Below, piece by piece: positions 1 through 8,843 of a stretch of DNA of 32,570 nucleotides (position 1 is the stretch's first letter; the number at the start of each line of letters is the position of its first letter). The stretch comes from Guillardia theta CCMP2712 (Eukaryota; Protista; Cryptophyta), in the NCBI RefSeq assembly GCF_000315625.1, contig NW_005434594.1, positions 375,946-408,515 of the forward strand, written 5' to 3'. The translations under genes and the position numbers were made by a program. The notes beneath the pieces were generated by a model. That model saw only the letters and a list, made by a program, of their open reading frames with translations. It was not told the origin of the DNA and did no database searches.

Positions 1-58
1 CCTCCTCCTCCTCCTCCTCCACTTCCTCCTCCTCCTCCTCCTCCTCTCCTCCCCTCAC

Positions 59-2527
59 CTCAGCAATCCGTTGATGATGCTGGGGACGGAAGTCGAGGAG
101 GAGCGATCCCTCCACCAGATCTCCGTTGACCTCTCGACGAGACCTCGGGGCAGCCTGCCGATACAATGGAGGGAGAGGAGGGGGGGACGAGGACGAGGAC
201 GACGAGGAGCGAGGAGCGAGGAGCGAGGACAAGGATGACAAGGACGAGGACAAGGATGACGAGGAGGAGGACGACGAGGAAGAGGAGCGAGGAGGAGGAG
301 GAGGAGGAGCGAGGAGGAGGAGGAGGAGGAGGAGCAAGAAATGTGACCGTGAGCAACTTATCAGACACAGAGGAGACAGACCTGCAGCAGAGGTCGCGTG
401 CTTGTGGAGGTAGAGGAAGAAACAAATCCAGCGTTCGGGTGGGAGAGCACAAGGTCAGAGGAAGGGGAAGCATCGCAAGGAGCGAAGAAGGAGAAGGAGG
501 AGGAGAGGGTGAAAACTGGCGGACGGCGGTCGTTGTAGGGAGGGAAGAGAGTAGTCTGAAATCAGCAGGTGAGAAAAGCAAAGGAGGATATGTGACATTT
601 GTTAGACATGTAACATTCTGACATCTTTGCGTTGTCGTTCAAACATCGCGGACACGTCCAACATCTCAAAGATACAAGAGATGAGACCTCCTCACATCTG
701 CAAACTATCTGATTGCATACAAGAAACATGTCCTCTAGCATAGCAGGTATGATCGAAACGTCAATGCCCTTCGACGTGTCTCCTCCATCATTGCGGGATA
801 GACAATCTCACCTCAACATGTCGAGATCCCTTGCGCCAGCATGTCATCGAAGGGAGAGAATGACAAAGTATTCTATCCTCTCTTTCTATCCCCAACAAAT
901 CATTCAACCACTCTTCCTGCACGTTGAAGTCCTGAACACTGTTCGACATGTCAGGTGCTGACGAAGACAAGAGAGAGAGAGAAGGAGCAATCTGTGTGAG
1001 TTGTGTAGCGTGAAGAAACAAGAAATTGGCAGCAAGGGGCGTGAAAGTGAATGATGTCAAGTGTACAAGTGAAAGTTTCGCCAGATTCAAACGAACATGC
1101 GACATCAACAGGAGAAATCAGACGAAACCAGCGAACTGAGACACATACAAAGTCACGAGATCAATCGTCATCAAGACAGACAAACAAGTCAAGTCAAGTC
1201 AAGTCAAGACAAGTCAAGTCAAGTCAAGTCAAGTCAAGTCAAGTCAAGTCAAGTGAAGACAAGTCAAGTCAAGTCAAGTCAAGTCAAGACAAGTCAAGTC
1301 AAGTCAAGTCAAGTGTTGTATCCTCACCAAAGGAAGATGATTGTCTTGTTACGATGGCGAGCAAGCGCCATCTCCGTGTAGCATCGGATGTTCAGCTCAA
1401 AGTTGCGGCTGAGAAAGGCTACAAGGTAGTCGCATCTCTCGATAAGGTCGCAGAAGCTCGAGGACCTTCTGTCGTCTGCCACTTGCTCTCCTCGAGCCGC
1501 CAGCAGCTGATAGCAAGTGAGGGGCAGGAAGCGGAAGAGGAGAATGGAGGGGAAGAGAAGAGAGAGGAGGAGGAGGGGAGGGGAGGGAAGGGAAGGGGAG
1601 AAGGAGGGGAGAGAAGGAGAGGAAGGGAGGGAAGAGGAGGAGGAGAGGAGAAGCAGAGGATCAGGTGAGCAGCGGAGCTGACCTGCCTCACTTGTCTTGC
1701 TACATCAACATCAACATCGTCGTAGACGAGGAGCGCGCCGACATGTTCCTCCACCATGCCCCTGTGCCGCTCGCCGCTGAGAAGAAGTGCTCCGATCGCG
1801 TTGATGCAGGAGGAGGAGGAGGAGGAGGAGGAGGAGGAGGAGGCGATGGAACGGAGGGCCTTGAAGACTTGTTGTCTCATAAGATAGGAGTCTTTCCATC
1901 TGAGGTGCGAGGAGCGCAAGAACTCCTCCGACTGACTGTCCTGGAAGATGCGGAGGGAAGGGATATCTTCTATGACGGGGAACCTCACTGCTCTCCTCTC
2001 CTCCATCATCCGCCGGACGATGAGAGAGAAGGTCTGGTAGTTGACCGTTTCCCTCCCTGCTCCTGCTCCTGCTCCTGCTCCTGCTTCTGCTCCTGCTCCT
2101 GCACCCTCCTGCTCCTCAGCTCGTGCGTCCCGCGTTGCTTCCGCTAACCTCTCCTCAAGGTCCCTTGGCAGAACTGCGAGGCCGACACGATGGAGCTGCT
2201 CCAGCATACTAGAGGTGTCAACGGCACCCGAGTCGTTTGCCTGCTCCCTGAAAGTTTCGTCGATGAACTCGCTCAACGCCATCTCCCACGCGTCCTTGAA
2301 CGAGAGTCTCTTCTTCATGCTCAACATCGTGTAAGCTCTTTCCTCCACGACATCGTGCGGAGGAGCAGGAGGAGCAGGAGGAGCAGGAGGAGCAGGAGGA
2401 GCAGGAGGTTCGAGATCTGTCTCAGGAGCAGTATTGCTTCTCAGATCTTGGTAAGTGCACTTGATGATGTAGGAGAACACTTCCTCGTCCTGGCTGCTCC
2501 TGTCCCAGACGCAAATTTCTCTCCCAC

Positions 2528-2575
<48 letters not shown>

Positions 2576-5297
2576 GCCCAAGCTCCTCCTCCATCTCCAA
2601 CTTAAGCTCCTGCTCCTGCTCCCCCTGCTGTTTCTGTTCCTCCTCTTCCTGAACACGCTTCCGCTGCCGAATTTTCTGCTCTTGGTGAACGCGCCCGAAC
2701 ACTTGCTCCACTTCTTCTTTCTGCTCTAATCTCACCATGACCATCTTCACTGGCTGCCAGTCCCATCCTATCACATACACAGCAGCAGGAAAGTCGTGCA
2801 GTGCAAGAGGAGGAGTCTCTGGAGGACGAAGAAGAGCAGGAGAAGCAGCGGGAGGAGAAGGAAAAGCAGTAGGCTGAGGAGGAGAACTAGGAGAAGGAGG
2901 AGGAGAATCAAGAGGAGGAGGAGGAGGAGTTCGGTTCTTCCTGACAAGGCCCAGGACGTGAGAGGAGCAGAGGCGAGGGGAGCAGGCGAGCATCTCAATC
3001 CTGCGCACAGAATCGCCGATGCGCCCAAGGAAGTCCCAGGAGCTGGCGGAGAGGAAATCGAGCAGGTCATACTCCGTGACCTCGCTGCTTGACCGCAGGT
3101 TCTTCCCCCGAGCACTGAGACCGTCCCTGAGCTTCATGGCTCCTTCAAGGCAAACTGACGCCAGCTCCTGCACGAGGCCCGGGCTAGTCCCTTGGGCCAC
3201 CTCCGCCATCCAGGAGGAGAAGAAGGAGGAGAACTGCTGCGGGGTCAGCCCAGTCTTCATGTCTCTGTGCTGCTTCTTGACTAGACGGAATTGGCGAACG
3301 AAACTGTCAGTGAACTGCAGGAGGTTCAGGTTGGAGAGCCGTCGGTCCCATATGACCGTCATGGTTCGGATCTCAACGATCTGCTGCAGATGATCTGAAT
3401 GGAGGAGGGGTAGACATCCTTTGACTGGTTTCCCTCCAGCAGAGGAGGAGGAGGAGGAGGAGGATGAGGAGGAGGAGGAGAAGACAGCATGCAACCTAGA
3501 TCCAGCAGGGATCTGCCTGCGATCTGAAACAGGCACGCTGTCGAGGAGGAAGTAACATCGTATCATGCTATCTCCTGCTTCTCTCCCGTACACCTTGGGC
3601 GGATCCGCAACATCAACATGCTCATCTTGCAAGAACTGCCAGAAAATTCTCGTCAGGCCTCCCAAGGTTGCAGACTGTCTGGTTTCCTCGTCCTGCATAC
3701 AAAGTCATCACAGCTACCTCACAAAAGGGAACGTCAGCGGACCAAAATCAATCGCTCGACGAAGTCCAAGATGCCTTTCCCTCTGATTCGATCCCTGTTC
3801 CACCTGCTCCTCGTAGCCTCGACCATGGCGTTCACGCACCAACATCTCCGTTCGCTGTCGTCTTTGTGCAGGAGGAACATGTCGAAGAACAGGCGCGTCA
3901 GCAAGTCCAAGATGTCACGACGACGGACAAGACACATGTAAGACGGCCATGAGCCCGCACAGAGCAGCGACAGTCCCATCGTCGACAACTCTTTCACTGC
4001 AGACGACTTAGTTATGACTAGGACTCTGTACATCAGTTCGTTCACACGACTCTTCTTCAAGGCTTCCCGGCTTTCCTGGTGGCAGCACAACACAAGCAGA
4101 AGCTCAATGGTTGCTTTCAATTTGATCTCTCCCGTCTTCTCCTCCCCCTCGTCCACCACAACCCCAGCAGCACACCTCCCCAGCAGCTCGCACACCTTTT
4201 CCAGCAGGGTGTTGCCCTTGGACAGGAGAAACCTTGCAGCTGGTTGATAACACTGACAAACAACTTTCATGAGCTTCAACAAGGACAACTGAACTCTTGA
4301 CGACAAGTCAATCTCATGCATGACCGCGACGACATCTCGGAACGTGCCGCTCTCCACAAACTCACACGCCCCGTCGTCGTTGTCCCTCAAGACGGCAAAG
4401 AGACAGTTTGCTGCCCAGTGCTGCAGGTTCACGTCCTTGGATCTCAAGAGCTGAGCAAGAAGAGGAAGACAGGAGAGCTCTATGAACAAATTCTGCCTCC
4501 TCCTCCTTATCTCAACGTCAGAATGCCAACTTATCGAACAAATCTGAGACAGTGTGAGTGGAGAAGGAAGTCATCACATACTTCACCTTGCTGAACAAAC
4601 TCTCTCTAGCTATCTGCCTCTTCCCGTCCTTCTCTTCAATCTTCGCCATGATTAATGGCATCCACTTCCGCCGACCCGAGTCGATCGCACCCATCACGAA
4701 GCCTTCATTGCCCTTCAAAGAGCCATGCACGCATTCAACAAGTTTCCTCGACCAGTGAACGATCTCGAGGAAGACATCACAGCCCAGCTCGAGAAATGTC
4801 TCCATGCTCAGGCAAACATAGCAGGCCGCAGCCTCCACATCCTCCTCCCCCCGCATCCGCTCCCACCACCTCCCGATCTCCCTTGCCGCCCTGCCATCCT
4901 GTTCTGCATGTACAGATGCAGCCCCGGCAAACTTGAGCAAGAACACGTCCAGCACTTCATGTCGGAAGGTTCGAACCAGTCGCTGGCATCTCTGAAACGT
5001 GTGCGTCCTGACGTCCATGTTGGCTTGCATCCCAACCCACCTCCCCACAGCCGACACCTCTGCCAGGGGTTCTGCATGCTCCGAGCTCCGTTCGACCGTG
5101 TCGACTAGCCATGTGACAACCTCTGCGACTGAATTTTGTTCTGACATGCTGTCTATGACGTCTTCAAATCATTTCTCGTGGTCACATCGACGCCAGAACA
5201 ACCTCTCGACAACTTTGGGATAGTGGAGTGAAGACTCTGAAACAGCCTTGTGGAGCATGCAAGCTCCCATGGTTCCCACCAGGAAACGCTGGTACAT
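59..5297 (-). CDS. Large multi-exon ARM-repeat / EF-hand-like / TIR-domain protein; 3' end lies beyond the left edge of the window
   Basis: Manual spliced model on the minus strand, exons 5297-5203, 5148-4587, 4543-3743, 3692-1683, 1506-1328, 938-812, 768-688, 555-382, 154-59. All introns are GT..AG (54, 43, 50, 176, 389, 43, 132, 227 nt) with compatible phases, giving an open frame of 1375 codons that joins track ORFs 4518..5147, 3734..4489, 1419..3698 and 788..1108. The start codon (5297, 5357 or 5270) and the last three exons are less certain. Confidence 0.7.
174..334. repeat. GGA/GAC/GAG-rich low-complexity repeat, intronic in the minus-strand gene model; similar tracts at 1-56 and 1535-1660
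   Basis: Visible (GGA)n and (GACGAG)n runs lying between predicted GT/AG sites. Confidence 0.85.
890..1739 (-). other. TIR (TIR_2-like) domain encoded across three exons (1739-1683, 1506-1328, 938-~890)
   Basis: Spliced translation GALLVYDDVDVDVARQVRQ|LLAARGEQVADDRRSSSFCDLIERCDYLVAFLSRNFELNIRCYTEMALARHRNKTIIFLC|VQDFNVQEEWLNDLLG follows the TIR pattern: betaA-Y, alphaA ending L..RG, betaC 'LVAFLS', alphaC 'C..E', betaD 'KTIIFL'. The Glu codon is at 1374-1372. Branch-point-like CTCAC and CTGAC precede the two acceptors. Confidence 0.75.
1185..1314. repeat. (CAAGT)n pentanucleotide microsatellite inside intron 939..1327
   Basis: About 26 tandem CAAGT units with a few CAAGA/GAAGA variants. Confidence 0.95.
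1809..3481 (-). repeat. In-frame coding microsatellites of the large exon: poly-Ser (1809-1843, 3441-3481), (GA)n (~2057-2103), (PPA)n (~2360-2408), (EQ)n (~2529-2575)
   Basis: 3-, 6- and 9-bp unit repeats that keep the 670-codon exon in frame. Confidence 0.85.
3743..4543 (-). other. Armadillo/HEAT-like repeat region within the minus-strand gene
   Basis: ARM-like helical repeats: 'LFIELSCLPLLAQLLRSKDVNLQHWAANCLFAVL', 'CEFVESGTFRDVVAVM', 'SREALKKSRVNELMYRVL..SSAVKELSTMGLSLL', 'RDRIRGKGILDFVERLI'. Confidence 0.65.
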
Positions 5298-5706
5298 CCT
5301 CTGTCTCTTGTCTTCCCTTCCATTCATCTCTCTTCCCGTCTTCCTCCCTTCCGTCATCCCTCATCAATCTTAGTTTCCCGGCATACGAGCATGTTGGTTG
5401 AAAATTGAAGTATTTCAAGCCCGCCTAGGCTCAGCGGCTGTCAACAGGAGTCACTTTGCCTTCGGAGCGCCGGTGAACCGTCTTGCGCGGCGGAGGCTGC
5501 CAGGCAGCCCGGCCCGTGCCCCGGGGGCCGGGCCCGGGCTGCCGGGCGGGCGGGCGGGCGGGTGGGCAGCCGCCGGGCAGTGCTGAGCCTGTACGCCCGC
5601 CGGCGCCGGCCCCTGCCACTGTGATCAGTTAACTTAAATCGGAAATAGTAACTTGAAGTCATGATGATCGCCGGAGTCGGCGGCCCCGGATGGAGTCAAA
5701 GCTCAG

Positions 5707-5746
5707 CCGCTAGCCCGGGCCCGCTAGCCCGGGCCCGCTAGCCCGG
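5707..5746. repeat. 14-bp tandem repeat CCGCTAGCCCGGGC, about 3 copies
   Basis: Seen directly; each unit contains the palindromes GCTAGC and GCCCGGGC. Confidence 0.9.
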
Positions 5747-6271
5747 CGCCATTGCAATGAGTTAAGTGAAGGTATCAGTTAAATTTGGGGGACAGTAGTT
5801 GGCATGCTGGGTTCACTGAGTGGCTCTCCGAGCTGTCCGGCGCCGGACTCGCGTCGGCGAGGCTTTTCTTTTGGAGTCGGTTTCGCCTCACTGAGGCCGG
5901 GAATGAACTGAGGCCCTGTGCGACCGCCGGGACAAGTACGAACGAGGGTGCGGCACGAGGGGTCCTTGAACAGGTACAAGAGGGGGTGGGGCACGAGGGG
6001 TCGGACGGTCCGTCATGTCCGGGTCTGTCCGAAGGCTCATCATCGGATATGCCTGCCTCTAAGACCGTCGCACAAGGAGATAGAAACGTGACACCACTGA
6101 CCACCCTCCTCTTACTGGGATATTGGACCCCTCCCTGATAGATCGTCCGCATCTGGCTGGCCGGCTACTCGAGTTGATTCGGCGGGCCAGGCCGTTCAAC
6201 GGTTCTCAAGGTCTTAAGGTAACGTGACTACCGGGTCTCAGCAAGTTGACGCTGTGATAGTCCATGACATA

Positions 6272-6355
6272 CTGTAGTACCATCCTACCCCCTTTTCATA
6301 CCGAGTCACCACCCCACCGCTGGCAAGGGAATTTGACCCCGTATCTTTACTACAG
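6272..6355. mobile_element. Possible 84-bp MITE-like element
   Basis: 8-bp terminal inverted repeats CTGTAGTA (6272-6279) and TACTACAG (6348-6355), flanked by an imperfect direct repeat ACATA/ACATG. Only one copy is present in the window. Confidence 0.3.
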
Positions 6356-6415
6356 ACATGTCGTTGTCTCCGAGACTCCGAGCTACCGGCAAATCCTGCG
6401 ATTCTTTGATCTCTT

Positions 6416-6433
6416 TACTCAAAGTTAAGTTAA
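6416..6433 (+). promoter_or_regulatory. Recurrent intergenic motif TACTCAAAGTTAAGTTAA
   Basis: Exact copies at 6416, 11879, 15774, 23574 and 31521; variants at 27450 (one substitution) and 8146 (TACTCATCAAAGTTAGTTAA). The regulatory role is inferred from position only. Confidence 0.5.
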
Positions 6434-6707
6434 AATCAGTACGAGGACGATGAGTATTGGTACATAATCAAAGGGGTATGCATTGAATAAGGAACGATGG
6501 CAGCACCGTGTACCCGAGCTAGCGTTTGACTGTCTACACGAATCGATGCAAGGTGAAACCTGCATGGGACGATATGTTGTCAGCAGCCTTCTAATAATCC
6601 CTCGTCTTCCCGTCTCCCTCCTAGATATCCACCCTCCATCGCCATCGCCTCGACCAGCCCTCTGTTTCGTCGCTTCGCACTCGCTCTCAAACCTGTCAGT
6701 TATCAGC

Positions 6708-7282
6708 ATGAATCAAGACCGTATGGAACATCTTTCAGATCAATCTACCTCCTCCAAACCTTCTCAGAAACCGCCCTCTAGTATGCAGCACAAGATCGTC
6801 GTCGTCAAGGCTAGACGCTACTGCACACTTCGTTGCAAGCCTCGCACGCTGGATCTCAGCATGGAGACCATGTCCTCCTACTTTCACATGCCCCTCGATG
6901 AGGCGGCGAAGAAGCTGGTGAGTCAACTGATACTAGCGCATGCTATTTTTCTTGACTCAAGGCACAGGGGATCGCTTCTACCACGCTCAAGCTCATCTGC
7001 CGCAAGCTTGGAGTTCCTCGATGGCCCTACCGAAACGTTCAGAAGGAGCAGAGACGATCCTTGGATCATTCGATTGGCGTTCAACCTTCCTTCATGTCGA
7101 CTAGCTCGTTGCCGGATAGAGGAACGGCAGTTGAGGACAAAAGGGGAGTGGCGGCCGGAGCAGTGTGTTTGATGGAAAGAGGGAGAGAGGAGTGGAGACG
7201 GGTGCGTGAGCTTCTCGGGGCTGAAGCACTTTTTGAGGAGGCGATGGAGCATGTGGGAGGGCGGGGGAGGTCAGGAAGGTAG
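6708..7282 (+). CDS. RWP-RK domain transcription factor (RKD/minimal type), 174 aa, join(6708..6917,6968..7282)
   Basis: Removing a 50-nt GTGAGT..CAG intron (6918-6967) gives 'LSMETMSSYFHMPLDEAAKKL|GIASTTLKLICRKLGVPRWPYRN', the RWP-RK signature. This joins track ORFs 6483..7172 and 7061..7282. Confidence 0.92.
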
Positions 7283-8843
7283 GGGTGAAAGGAATGGATG
7301 GGGCAAGGAGGAAGAGTGATTTCGCGGATTGTGTTAATAGCTGTGAGTTCGACAAACAAGAGAATAAACGATCAATACCTGCAAGTCATAACAGCAGACG
7401 TACAATCGAGAACTCACTATAACATCAGCTCGTGGGTTCAAAAGGGCTCCGGGAGTCTCATAGCAAACATTTAATTCATGTTCTGTATTGTTGTGATCAG
7501 CGTTGTTCCAGTGAGCGCAAGATTAATTCCTTTTGATCAACTTTTGGCATTAGGATGGTGGTTGAAATTATGAGTTAGGCACGTGAGTTTCCGTATGCAA
7601 GAAATATGACAGTGAGTCTTTCTCATTGTCAAAACTTTGCGCACTTGAAACGAGCTCAGCCTGAGAATCTTTCTAGCCCGAGAAACTTCGATTTGAAGAA
7701 GCTGAACTTGCCAAGTGGCTTAAACTTGACAAGCGGCCTGAGAACATCAAGTACCGTGCCGTTGCCAACCCGACGGTTGCCAACTTCGGTTGAGAATGAC
7801 AATGGCCGACAGTGAGCCGCCGCGGCGCTGCCGGGCCCGGGCCCGCCGGGCCCGGCGGGCCGCCTTGAAGGCCGTCCGACGGTCCGTGCGCTTGACTCAC
7901 TGAGTTAGTGGCGACTCGAAGTTCGGGCTCATTTGGCATGATCATCGGATCGCCGGAGTAAATAAGTGCCAGCCGGAGCCTCGGTCCGGCCCGGGCCGTA
8001 CGGAGTACAGTACCGTGCCCGGCCCGCCGGCGGGCCGGCCGCGTGACTCGTTGACCCCGGGCCCGGGGGCCGCCGGGGCGGCGGGGGGCACTGAGTCTCA
8101 GCGTAACGGCGGAGGCTACCCCCAGCGACCGTACCACTGTGACTTTACTCATCAAAGTTAGTTAACCAACTGATAGTACACTCAGTGGCACGGGCCGTCA
8201 TTTTAAGTTACCCGGAGTCCTCCGCCGCGACTGACTCAGTGAGGCTCCGGCGTAGGCTAGCGGCCACCGTCTCCGAGTCGCCCGGAGCCCGGGGCCCGTC
8301 CCGGACTCGCCGCCCGGGCCCGGATGTGCCCGGCCGCCGCCGGCCCGGCGAAACTGTCAGACGAACTAGAGCAGGCCCGCCGAGGTGAGGACTCACTCAG
8401 ACCCACAAACAACTTGACCGATTGGACCACAAGAGCAATTTCCACTTGGATCTTCCTGGTACTACCCCCTACCCCCTGCTTGTCCCCAGGAACGCTCCTT
8501 CGTTCTCCTTATTCTCTTGTCTATGCATACCGGTGGATCTATCGTCTCTCGCTGCCTGCAAAAATACCCTACCTCCTTACCTTGCCTCAATCAACTACCT
8601 ACCTCCCGTCTCTTCATACCCCCCACCCCTACATATCTCTCTCCCCACCCCTCTAGACCCACCATTTCTTACCTACAGTTTCCCTTGGTATATCCCCCAA
8701 CCTGCTTCCCGCTCCAAGCAAACCCCCTGCTCGAGCTCCCTCCCTCTACATCTCCCTCCCTTCCCTATCTTCGGCTCTTCTTCAATCAAGATCTTCATAG
8801 CTCTCCTACTTGCATTTGCGATCAGAAAGCCTCTTCCTCCTCC

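Noticed and set aside
60-621. ORFs 60..581(-), 126..413(+), 166..621(+)
   Set aside because: Low-complexity read-through of GGA repeats; the spliced minus-strand model uses other frames.
1185-1314. CRISPR-like or telomeric array
   Set aside because: Simple 5-bp tandem repeat with no spacers, in a eukaryotic intron.
1051-1668. Plus-strand ORFs with SSQVK repeats (1051..1668, 1097..1381)
   Set aside because: They are translations of the (CAAGT)n microsatellite and purine tracts lying in introns of the minus-strand gene.
1419-1682. C-terminal Pro/Ser-rich tail of the 759-aa ORF
   Set aside because: Read-through into an intron; splicing at 1682/1507 gives the TIR-like frame instead.
5398-6152. 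Short Arg/Pro/Gly-rich ORFs in the GC islands (also 7673..8445, spacers, 31047..31585)
   Set aside because: Expected by chance in very GC-rich palindromic DNA; no domain signal.
7761-7784. Twin GTTGCCAAC resembling RFX X-box half-sites
   Set aside because: Too short and not a full X-box; no supporting context.
8403-8843. N-terminal extensions of the RBR ORFs (869-985 aa in the track)
   Set aside because: They begin at different, mostly non-ATG codons and their frames differ between copies because of indels; this is a C/T-rich leader poor in stop codons, not conserved coding sequence.
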